Under the pieces are notes generated by a model. That model was not told the DNA's origin. It did not search any database and saw only the letters and a program-made list of their open reading frames with translations. From positions 307,464-371,463 of the forward strand of contig NMRA01000183.1 in assembly GCA_002633005.1 (NCBI GenBank): 64,000 nt of DNA, given 5' to 3'. Of this stretch, positions 12,224-24,400 are shown one piece after another (the first letter of the stretch is position 1; every line of letters starts with the position of its first letter). The translations under genes were made by a program, and so were the position numbers. The stretch is from Phoronis australis. Taxonomy: Eukaryota; Animalia; Phoronida.

Positions 12224-12402
12224 TCAGCAATTTACTTTATTAGGCCAGTCGCAAACGCAGATTTCAACATTAAACAGTAACGGAATTGGACAATCGAATT
12301 CCCAACCCGATCCAGACGCGCCTGCAAACGCCGCCAACTCCTGACGAAATCCTTTGCATTTATTTATCGGTGTGTATCGACTGCCGTTGCTTTCGCAATA
12401 AG
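12224..12402 (-). CDS. Gene B terminal exon, chitin-binding type-2 (peritrophin-A/CBM14)-like domain
   Basis: ttacag|; AYCESNGSRYTPINKCKGFRQELAAFAGASGSGWEFDCPIPLLFNVEICVCDWPNKVNC*. Confidence 0.8.
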
Positions 12403-15400
12403 CTGTAAATGAAACGAGAACGAGGGTTACTGCAGCTCAGAAATCAGTGTGTTGATAAAAATATCCTCACTTTACATGTACTTAACATCCATGGTATGCT
12501 AACCCGATTTGTGACTAAACTTAGCTAGGTATGAACATTGTTTTGTCAGTAATCTGAATGAAACGATTCCATCATTGCATTATTTCGCCTAGTATTTCTA
12601 TCTCCGCTGACTCATTAGATACTAGTTTTACAATAACTCTAACCACCACCGCTACTCCAACTAACTTGCATTAACAGTGCTACTTCTGCTACTGCACTGC
12701 TAATGTTAGCTGTTATCGCTACAGTTTCCATCAATTATATTTTCACTTGTATTTTTATTACTGGAAATGCAACTATTATACATTAAAATAATACCCTCAG
12801 GACATCCTGCTTTCTGTTATCAGTGCATTGTCAACTGAAACTTACCTTTGCTTTGGGTTCTTTCTACGCATTTTCCATTGGTTTCGACGTAACCATCCTT
12901 ACATGAACACTTTTTCAGCTCGACATCACAAACCGCATTTTCTTGACACTTTGTTCCGCCCGTCGAACAGGGGACAGTTGATACAGCTTGATAATGTGAA
13001 ATCAATAAATCAATATCAATATCAAGCCTTATGAATACAGGAAACAATCTAGAATTATGTTAACTCAGTGGCCAGGCGCTTTAAAAGGACTATAAACCCC
13101 TTTTTGCTACAAAAACGAACGTTTTGAGAACACATACGGTTACTGAATATGATCTCGAAGTCAACTTAGAGGAAATGTATGGGGTTGAAAAGAATTAGCA
13201 GTTGAACTTCAATCGGGCTCTACTGTCGGCTTGAATTAACGAGTCAGTTTATGCGGAGAGTGTGGCCTCAACGTCTGTTTCGTGCAAGACGATCATAGAA
13301 ATCACTTTTCCGTCGTAATTCACATAATCCACCAAACACTGACAATCTCTCCTTGTCATGTTGCAAGCTACATATTCAGGACGTGCTTTTTCCAAACTTG
13401 CGAGGGACATACCATATGTGTGGAAAATATATAAAGATAATGCTTCTTAGTAGTGATGGACCAATGACGTAAAGCAATCAAATTTGATTTGATATATTAA
13501 GGAATTGTCCATTACTGGTGAAAGTTTCAGTGCTGTTGTTACGTTTTTCAACCTATTGCATGCATTAATGCTAAAAACCGAATTAACCAATACGTCAGTT
13601 TTAACTAATGTTGAAAGGGATGATGGGTGATGGCTTCCTTGATGTTACCCAAGTGTCATGAATTTCACAACTAAGGTCAATTTAACAAACAGTGCCTCGG
13701 ATGGCTATGACGTCCTGTGTAACCAATGGTAACAGAGTTTTGTTTCCACTCTATTATGAATTTAGAAACCCTATTGCCTCTACACAGTAGCATTACTGTA
13801 TCCGCGATCAGCATCACGATTTTCCTTAAATAAGCGGTTATTGACGTCTTACCCGTTGCATTGAATACCGTTCAAGTCTCAGACCCTAACAAATTTCATT
13901 GCGTGCGCGTCATGAATGCGTACGCAGAACCTTACATTTTAACGCAAGATGAAATAACAAAAGAAAGCAGATGACAGGCAAGTTAACGTTTTTTTGAGAA
14001 AATGCAAATTTGAAAAAGAACTGTACATTAAATAGTATTAAAATTACCCAATTTCGTTTAATTGAATTACTACTAGTCAAGAAATCACTGTGACTTCTAG
14101 AGACGTACTTTCGGAAACGGCTTGTTAAGAGATATTGTTACAAACGACCTTACCATCCAGTTCCCTGACAAGACAATTTTCTATAACCTTCGACAAATTT
14201 GGAGGAAAGAACTTTTTTCGACGTCTGCTAAGCGTGCAAGCGTGACCAACCCTTTCAGTGTCGTTTTTAGTTAATTCCGACCTTTAACTTTCAAGATTGA
14301 CAACAATGATGCATTAGCAGTTGACAGAACGACAATTTACTGAAATCGTCAAAACAAGGTTTAGTATCGTTTTAAATTAGTTTGGATTACGTTCAGAGTG
14401 ACAACTGTTGCCGGATACTATGACGTAGCCCTCGACATAACACATGGAAAAAAGTTTCAAACATTTCCGCTGAACTCGCGTTGCTATAGATACAGATAAA
14501 TCAAAACACGCAAATGTATGGAAACAGCCCTTCATCAACTTTGAAAAGGGATGAGGTACATGTAGAGTAATAGTTCTCATAGCATAAGCAAACAAATTTA
14601 CGCACTGTAGGATTTTGAAATGTCATTAGTATTACGATGAGAGTGAAAATTACGCATTTCAGATTACACTGTTGTTTATCTGCCCGTTGACACACTTTCT
14701 TTGCCCTCAAACTATCACGCGTATTCTTCACCTAATCACGCATTTGTGAAGATCCTTTAGTTCCGCAGTTGGTCATGTGCTCTCTGGCGAATTAAATTTC
14801 TGAATAGTTTTACTCATAGACATGATTACCTTTACACGAATAACAAGGAAGGGTCAAGGAACCCGAACCTTAAAGGCACATTATCGTTTCTCCGGCAGAA
14901 AATGATGGTTTGGGAATTATTGTTGAATGGCAAAGGCTTCCCGAATCCGTTTGACCAAAGCTTGAAATTCTCTCAATAGCTCGTACTTGGACTTCTTGTC
15001 TTTTATGAGATCCTCACGGTCATGGGATTACTATCACCAGCAATGTGCGTACATGTAGCTTGCAGAGGAACGACTTTACAAACGTTACCGGGAATAAAAA
15101 TAAACATGAAGCCCATGTTTCGACAAGTACACAAAGCTAAAAATCATCTCAACAGGATTTCAGTGGAAGGAACGTGCGTACTAATGCATAAACTACTAGA
15201 ACTTACTTTAAACACTTGATGAAACAGTGCTCAACCGCCATCTTCAGTTGGTCTCCTACTGTCCTTAATGGTTTCGTCCCTAAACCAAGACCATCTCTAG
15301 TAGGCGGGACAACAGAGTTGATCAGGCTCTGTCTGACGGTTGTTGGTGGTGCTGCTGTTGGTATTTAATCCAAATCCAACAAGATGCCTGTTCAGCTTCA

Positions 15401-18400
15401 GTGGCTGCGTCGCGTAGCAGAGCCTTCTTTCCCGACACGGAGACGCCAAGACACCTCGCCATGGTAATGACCGAACTGGCCGGAAAACCCCGGCAGCCGA
15501 CCTCCACAGGAAAACTCCAACATCTCCAGCCGTTAACATGACAATCATTCCTAAGGTCTGCGTACTTCAAGTTCTTTCGCTCGTGTGCCTCTTCCACCCT
15601 ACTCTCCCACGGGATAGTGAGCTCAATTAAGATGACCTGGTGGGAACTGTCCGAGTATATAACCAAGTCAGGGCGCTGGGTCGTCTGGACAATGTGTTGA
15701 GGGAAGAATGACTGATGACCGGAAAGGTCTGCCCACACTCTCCAGTCGTTGGCTGTGTGCAGGATACCTTTCTGCGCAGGGGTCTTCCTTTTACTCGCCT
15801 CATCACCACTTCTTANNNNNNNNNNNNNNNNNNNNNNNNNNNNNNNNNNNNNNNNNNNNNNNNNNNNNNNNNNNNNNNNNNNNNNNNNNNNNNNNNNNNN
15901 NNNNNNNNNNNNNNNNNNNNNNNNNNNNNNNNNNNNNNNNNNNNNNNNNNNNNNNNNNNNNNNNNNNNNNNNNNNNNNNNNNNNNNNNNNNNNNNNNNNN
16001 NNNNNNNNNNNNNNNNNNNNNNNNNNNNNNNNNNNNNNNNNNNNNNNNNNNNNNNNNNNNNNNNNNNNNNNNNNNNNNNNNNNNNNNNNNNNNNNNNNNN
16101 NNNNNNNNNNNNNNNNNNNNNNNNNNNNNNNNNNNNNNNNNNNNNNNNNNNNNNNNNNNNNNNNNNNNNNNNNNNNNNNNNNNNNNNNNNNNNNNNNNNN
16201 NNNNNNNNNNNNNNNNNNNNNNNNNNNNNNNNNNNNTTCTACCACGGATGAGACTGGCAGGACAAGTTTTGACGACTTGCAGTATAGTCCGACGTTGCTG
16301 AATGACGCAGGTAATCCAAACCACCTACGAATGAATCGGCTTGCTACCCTTTCCATTTCTTCAGCTGAGGATGACGTGACGTCTTAGACAAGCAGTGGCC
16401 ACATAAGCTTCGGGAGCAAGATGAACTGATAGCACCAAAGCTTGAACCTTCCGGTTATGCCATCTTTGTCAATCTTCACAAGCCATACCTTGAGCTGGGC
16501 TTTCACGTCTTTAACTCGGGATGTGTCTCGTAGGCTGCTGTCATAGTACTTGCCCAGGCACTTGACTGGTTGTTCACTGATTGTTGGAATTCTGCGACCT
16601 GCTATAGAAAACGACTGTCTCTTGAGCAACACTCCTTTCCTTATGATTAATGATCTGGACTTCTCTGCCTTGAATGATATACGGGCCCATTTAGTGAGCT
16701 CTTCTAGGCGACGGAGAATTGTCCTGGCTCCCAATGGTGACTCTGTCACTATCGTAATGTCATCGATAAAAGCTAGATAGACTGAATTCAAATAATTTAC
16801 CATGCTACAGGTTGCCCGACCTAACCTACCTTCACATTTGCCGTTGTATATCACGTATCCAGATTTACAGTCGCACGTCCTCGTTTTGGTGTTGCATACT
16901 TTTTGTGAAGGGCATTTCCATCCACCGGACTCGCATGGAACTATTGACTCATCTGAAACGCGTCAATGTAGATAGTATGAGAGTGGGACACTTGAAATAA
17001 CACACACTGTATCTTGTTGAAAGAAAGTTTCAATAATACCAGTGCGTTTGTGGAAATCATCAACGTTGGTATGGAGTTTGTTCCATAGATTTGATTGTCA
17101 CAGGTTCGGGACTGGGATTTGAAAATCGAATCCACAATTTAGAGTCACGTCCATGGATTTCCCACCCCCTGAAAAAGTTGAACATAAAAAATAAGAAACC
17201 ATGATCGTTCATGATTCAAATGACTTACGTTCACACTTTCCGTCGTATTTCACATAACCAATCAAACATCGACATTCTTTGCTCGTGGTGTTGCAAACTG
17301 CATTCACTGGGCATCTTCGTCCCCCAAATTCACACGGAACAGTCGATATCTCTGCAAAGTACATGTGATTTACCAGCCACGAGTGTCCCGAGGTCAGTCG
17401 ATGGCCTCAACCAGTTAGGTCATCTGCTGACTCTTCAGAAATCGTATTTGCCATTAGTCTAAAAGGAACTCTATCTACACATGTGTACATGCAAGGCTGA
17501 ATTCCTCTCCTTCCATAAAAACATGCTAGGACAATTACATGAGAACACTTTCATTACAACTGCTGGTACTGCTGGAGGATGGATCATCATGCATGTTAGT
17601 AGTATCCTACAAAGACATGAAGCAACTTTTAGTTCACCTCCCCAGATGTTTACAATCGTAACTATGCGTAGGCGCCCAATTAAATTTAGGCAATGAGGTT
17701 TGTCCAAGACACAAGTTCGTGTTGCCAACTTCGCCAAAATTCTAACAGCATAGATTTAGAAATCCTTGATTTCAAGCTCAGTACGTGATTTCGCCCTAAT
17801 CTGGCTTATGCTGGTGGATGATGTGATTAATGATCGTGGCCAAGTCATGAACGGCGAACTATAAGGGACTCGGGGGTTATAGCCCCACCTCCTCATTTTT
17901 TTAGTGCTGCGCCGCCCATGGTCTATGGGCGGTGCACAGGAGAGGGCTGGGACCTATAGGCCCCCTGTTTCAGTGCTGCTGCTCACTTGCAAGTTGTAAG
18001 CTAGTTGCAACAACCGGGAGTGGAATGACAAACACGACTTGAACCCCAACAAAGATTTCTGTCCTATTTTTTTCAAATGGCTTACTCCTTCCTGCAGTAT
18101 ACGCTCCAATAAAAAGCGTCTTTTGCCAAGACCTACCTTTGATCTAGGCAACCTACATGTACTACAGTAAACTAAAGAAAATCAGTCTCACATTGTCTCT
18201 TACTCAGATTAGAAATAGCTTTTTAATTTTGGTGAAGCTCTGACAGAACTTGTGTATGGCGTTATCTACAGCAACTGCAGGTATGAAAGAGGCTGTACAG
18301 ATGCGCAAAAGTTGATCTCTAGAACAACAAACGTCAGTTGCATGACACACACAAAATACACGCACTAGTCTGCAAGGTTGAATGAACTCTTGCCTGCGTT

Positions 18401-21400
18401 CTATGTTCTTTATTTTCACAGGATGCCTTTTCAAGTGAAAACTTACCACCTACCAATGATAATCCTCGCTGGATTTAATTCTTGAATACAGTCACACTTA
18501 TATCAAACAATGTTTAAACATCACGCATGTGGAGATTGTTTTGAAGATGTTGGGCGTTTGGTGGCTCTTCTAGTAAACAAGTCGTAAATGGCCATAATGG
18601 TAAACGGGCAACACATTGTTAGCGACAGCACTAAACAAGGTTTCTAATCTGTATTTTGAAGATGGCAATATGTAATTTAAAGTAATGTATCCGCTTCAAG
18701 CATACGGTTTTTCTCTTTGATGGGACATCTATCAATTACCACCGAACACAACATCAATAATAATCAAGTACTTGCTACCTTGTAAACAATAAAAATACGC
18801 GTTATTCTCTAACGTCCGTGTTTTTAAAGGGGAAATCAGACATTTTGATGTTAAGTCTTATAAGAAATACAGATCCCGGTTATCTAGGAAATGCATTTTC
18901 CGTGCTAATTAGTACTCCCTTGCGTGTATTTATTATCCATGAAACGATAGAAGATGATGTAAGCGACCCCGCAAAAGAGCCTGCATCTTGAGTCTCCATT
19001 CACTTCCAATAAGGTCACATAATGCCCTACCATGTATCTAACAGGGAATCTGTATCTTTACTAAACGTCACATCAAAAACGGTTGCTTTCCCCTTAAGGG
19101 CGGCGAATACTTAATTTTTTAACAGGCTTTAGTAATTATAAGATTATCAAATATCAAATGCGTAACAGCTTTTGATGAGCCTAGTCGAAAACTAAAAGTA
19201 CTTTTACGCAGCTGTATTCTCACTATAGGGTAGGAAAAGTGTTACCCTATTGACATAATTATGTTGTGACAATGGCAAACATTTGGATCGAATCCAATAG
19301 GTTAGAGGTGTTCACTTACTTTCACACTTTCCATTGTATTTCACATAACCCACTTTACACTGGCATTCTTTTCTCGTGATGTCGCAAACGCCATTTTCTG
19401 GGCATTTTCTTCCTCCCGACTTGCACGGAACAACCCATATATCTGTTAATACATACATGTGTTGGCGATGAGTCACAGAAAACTTATGTGTGTTCACACT
19501 ACAACTGCATTCAATCAGAATAACTCTATTTAAACTTAATGGTCACATGTTGAAACGTAATTTTTTGATCTAAAGTAATGTGTAAATTATAATAACAACA
19601 TATAAGCAGTGTTGTGCTATTAAAAAATTACAGAGGAAAATGAAAAGTGACACATCATACACGCCATCTTCACTATAATAGTGATAAAACATTGTCAGAA
19701 CACAAACTCTACAGTAAAAGTATGATTCACTCCAAACTCTGTCGAATTAAGTTTCTGAGTAGTTTTAAATGATTACCTTCGCACGAACTATAGGAAGGAG
19801 TCAAAGAATCAGAACCTTAAAGGGACATGTAGTTCCTACGGCCCTAAGGCAGAAAATTGTTTTGGGCATTATCGTTGGAGGGCAAAGGCTTGCCGAAGAT
19901 AGACACGGTCATGGGATTTTAATCACCAGCAATGTGCATACATGTAGCTTGCAGATGGACGATTTTACAAACGCTACCGAGTCTCAGAAATGTGAGACAT
20001 ATTTCGACAAGTACACACAGGTATAAAATCGCCTCCCCACGATTTCTGTGGAAGGAACGCGCGTGCTAATTCATAAACTACTATAGAAATAACTGAAATC
20101 ACATAATTTACCATGCTACAGGTTGCCCGACCTAACTTACCTTCACATTTGCCCTTGTACATCACGTATCCAGGTTTACAGTCGCACGTTCTCGTTTTGG
20201 TGTTGCATACTTTTTGTGAAGGGCATTTCCATCCACCGGACTCGCATGGAACTATTGACTCATCTGAAACGCGTCAATGTAGATAGTATGAGAGTGGGAC
20301 ACTTGAAATAACACACACTGTATCTTGTTGAAAGAAATTTTCAATACTTCCACTGCGTTTGTGGAGTTCATCAACGTAGGCATCTAGTGTGTACCATGGA
20401 TTTGATTTTCATTGGTTTGGGACTGAGATTTGAAGATGGAATACAGAGTTAAGAGTCACGTCCATGGATTTCCCACCCCCTGAAATAGTTGAAAACAAAA
20501 AGTATAAAAACACATCGTTAATGATTCGAATGACTCACGTTCACACTTTCCGTCGTATTTCACGTAACCCACCAAACATCGACATTGTTGGCTCGTGGTG
20601 TTGCAAACTGCATTCACTGGGCACGTTCGTCCCCCAAATTCGCAGGGAACAGTCGATATCTCTGCAAAGTACATGTGTGATTTACCAGCCACGACTATCC
20701 CAAGGTCAGTCGATGGCATTAACCAGCTAGGGACTCTGCCGACTCTTCAGAAAACGTGTTTGCCACTAGTCTAAAAGGAACACTTCCCCCCCTTTCTATA
20801 AAAGCAAGGCTCAATTACTCTCCTATTACGAGTACCACATCTATGTGTGATGAATGTTGTCTGCTTACACAAATAGGCAGAAACGTGTTCAAATGGAGGG
20901 CCGTGACAACTCTGTACAAGTTGTGCTCGAACTAAAACCAGTTGGAATTCTCGTTTCATCAAAAAAGCAACTTTTGTTTGAGGCCCCTTATGGTTATGAA
21001 ATTGATCTCAACGATCAAATTGTAGGTTTTTGCAGGATCTTCGAAAGAATTGATAGTTCTTGATTGCTTTACACCAAACACGCTGGCTTGTTACGGCGTG
21101 ACACTTTATGCGTCATTCATCGTCTCAGTAAATGACCAACTGTCACTTCTTCCCAACTCCATGGCAACACTTCCTAGCTGAGTAAATATCAAGCTGTCAT
21201 CAATTCATAGCGATAAGTGGTCAAAATAAAAAAGTTAGTTTCTTGGGCAGAACACCGGTTTACAATGCCAGAAATTTGTAACATGCACTACTGCGCATGC
21301 GCTAAACCTTGCCCGCAGCTCTCCATAAGAAACACACAAGAACAGGCTCAGGAATTTATAAGTGAGGGAGATAACAACACAATTTGCCGATAGCCTGTCG

Positions 21401-24400
21401 CGTAGAGTGTGTGTTAAGACTTGTTACTGCAAAATATCAGCGTAATTGGTGAAAAAGTTTCCACGTCTCTTGAAGTTTGAAGGTTGCCCCATTTAGGTCT
21501 ATGTTAACGATCGTCCGGAAGTCAATATTTGAGTGCATACACTGTAGCTCATTTTGAAGTCAAATTTGTGACCGAATTCCTTTTGCCATCGGATTTGCCG
21601 ATAGCCTAGGTGGCTACCAGCAGTACTCGGAGGTTGCTGATTCAAGTTTCATGCTGTTTTTCGAAAAATAGGATTCCGCACTCAAATTTGTATTGGCAAA
21701 CATCTGAAGATTAATAAAAACCACTTTGGCCAGCCCGCATTTAAGCCAATTGCAAACACACGCGGCTGCCGACGTTCAGTTCACTTTTGGTGGTTATGTT
21801 TACAAGTTAACAGATACTTGTGATCCCAATGCCCGAGCTAGCACTGTCATACTGTAGAATGTGGAATTCCAGAAATTCCAGATACTGTTATTGTAAACTT
21901 GACAAGTATTGCTCTGCAGACTACATACTGACATCGAGCCCATGGTACCAGCGCCCAAGCTTCCTGACCTTTAACCTAACTATGCGTTGTTATGATTGAT
22001 TAGGGACATAGCGCTAAGCGACGCCTAGCGAATCAAGAACGTTACAAATTTCTGGCGTTGACAGACTCGTTTTTAACTGACACCGAAATTCTTGCCCGTT
22101 TCAGTGCTCTGAGTGTTGGCGTTTTCTGGGTTATGTATATTCATTGTATTCTGAAGATTTAGTGATAAACATTAAAAAGTGTTCTGAGTGTTCCTTGACT
22201 TACCTTCGCATGTGCCATTGTACAACACGTATCCAGATTTGCAGTCGCACGTCCTTGTTTTAGTGATACAAACTTTTGGTGAAGGGCATTTTAGGCCTCC
22301 CGACTCGCATGCAACCATAGACTCAGCTGAAACAGAAGCAGGCACCAGTGAAGATAACACAAATAGACGATCTTGCACTGCCATGCGAAACATTTCCAAA
22401 CATAAACCTGCTGGAATACTTTAAAGGCGAAGGCAACCTTTTTCATGTCACTTTTACCAAAACTAAGGTTCGTTGATTGTCCCAGACACATTTTTCACTT
22501 AATTACAACTTTTCGTAATTTGATTAATTTCTCGTCCTCTACTCTGGAAGTGACGTTTTGGGAGGGAAGAGTTTCGCTCCAATTTCTTTTCATTATAGTC
22601 TGACTGAGGGAGCTGCCGAGTCAGTCATTGTTCTACCTTGTTTGTGATAAGTTCGGTCGTCGTTTGCTTTTGTTTACAAGTCATTCCACATTCCACGCTG
22701 TTGCTGCGTGCCGGGATGTACTCATTATTGTCTCACACGCGCTTTGGGTACCTTGTGCAGCTTTCCGAAGGATGACACACTTCGCCGTACTTCGCTAACT
22801 CGTTTCATGTGAAGAACGCAGTGCTACCCGTCCACGCAACGTACAAGGCAGTGGAGGGTTACCGAGTGTGTGGCAAGCATTTTCTGCCTTCAGATTATGA
22901 CAGATATGTACGCTGAATTGATGAAGGTCCCTGCAACACAACGGCTGAAGAAGGGTACCATACCGTCGCTGTTGATTCCCGGCAGTGCCCCCTCGCCAAC
23001 CCCGAGGAGTGCGTTTTTGAAGCGAGACGCCTCGCGAGCTGTGGCCACTATATACAGTGACTGGAGGCACTTCATCTACAGTCACCCGTGCCTCCGAACG
23101 TACCCCCATTGCGTGCAATTCCGGGAACTAGCAGTGATTCGCCCTGTGCTGTTGTCTCTAGCCCAGAGCCTGTAAGCAGCCCTGCAGCGATGTTGAGTAG
23201 TGGGAGTGAATACAGGCTCAGTTCGACACCCAGTGAAGAGGACAGTTCGTCATCTAATGAAGAGATCGGTGAGCCTAAGTTTGATAAGTTTATTGTGGAC
23301 TTGTATTGGAGCTATTTGGAAGGTGCTAGGTGTGTGGCGAGGGAGTCACACGGCGGGATGTAAGCAGTTCGGGTGCTCAGATCACCCTCCAGTGGGAGTG
23401 TGTCGCGGGACACTCGGGCAAGTGGGACAGTTCTTCCTCTGTACGTGAGACGATAATGAGTACACCCCAGTGCGCAGCAACAGCGTGGAATGTTGACTGA
23501 CTCATAAGCAAAAGCAAACGACGACCGAACTTATCACAACCGAGGTAAAACAATGACTGACTCGACTGCTTTCACAGTCACACTATATGAAAAGAAATAG
23601 GCGAGAAATTCTTGCCTCCCAAAATGTTACTTCCGGAGTAGACGAAAAGCAGTAAATACGTGAAAAATATGCCTGGGATAATCAACGAACCTTATTTTTG
23701 CTAAAAATGACATGAAAAATGGTTGCCTTCGCCTTTAATCTAATATACGAATAGACCAATCAAGTTTTTGATTTAAGATATTTCCCTCCAAATTCCTCCA
23801 ATCTTAAAGCGTGCAGAGCTAGGTCAGAGGCTTCCTGCAAAGTGCTAAATCGGGACATTTTACGTACAGCCAGGACTTAATGGAGGCTGCGGTAAAAGAC
23901 CAGTCATGTCAAACCACACCAGTCATTATGGGACAAATTTAGTGCTTCGGTCACATGAAACTTCCGAAGAAGATCCGATAACCTTTAATCTGACAAATGT
24001 TACATCAGCCAACAGAAGGGTAATTATCTTGAACAGTTCCCAGGTCGGTTCTTGCGCCACAAATCACCAAACGCTATGTCCAACAGATACATGTACGACC
24101 AAAAACTGTCCTACATGTATCACTATATGGATCGGGATGAAACTGAACGGGCGGTATAGGCTGAACATTGACCGACATGTAACCAAGGTATACAACATGC
24201 TTTTGTTTCCTAATGCTTTTTATCTCTGATGGCAACAACTAATTGTACAGTAAAGCAGCCAATGAAAACAGGAAACGGAACCAATTTTGGGTCAAATAGT
24301 ACTAACGGGGTTTATTATCCATGCACTGTGGAAGCCGAAACTATTTTTTTCGTTAACGTCGTGTCTGGACTGTCAGGCTTCAAACATCCCTAGAAAGCAA

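Larger units (their letters stand above)
15201..16772 (-). mobile_element. 5'-truncated HERO-like RLE non-LTR retrotransposon (spans N-gap)
   Basis: RT AFIDDITI...KCLGKYY; RLE RPDLVIY...ELTIPWESRVEEAHERKNLKY...PVEVGCRGF; stop at 15322-15324. 5-bp TSD ctaga at 15196-15200 and 16773-16777; the empty site is visible in the paralogous intron at ~20080. Confidence 0.9.
14789..20780. repeat. Intragenic segmental duplication: 14789-15200 + 16773-17470 vs 19744-20780
   Basis: Two exons plus introns are highly similar between copies; the first copy is interrupted by the HERO insertion. Confidence 0.9.

Noticed and set aside
15708-16387. Long ORFs full of X in the ORF track
   Set aside because: Artefacts of the N gap; only the - strand HERO frame is meaningful.
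16384-16854. 156-aa ORF apparently fusing an EGF-like tail to reverse transcriptase
   Set aside because: Chance read-through of exon end + intron + truncated LINE RT; the exon has a normal donor at 16829.
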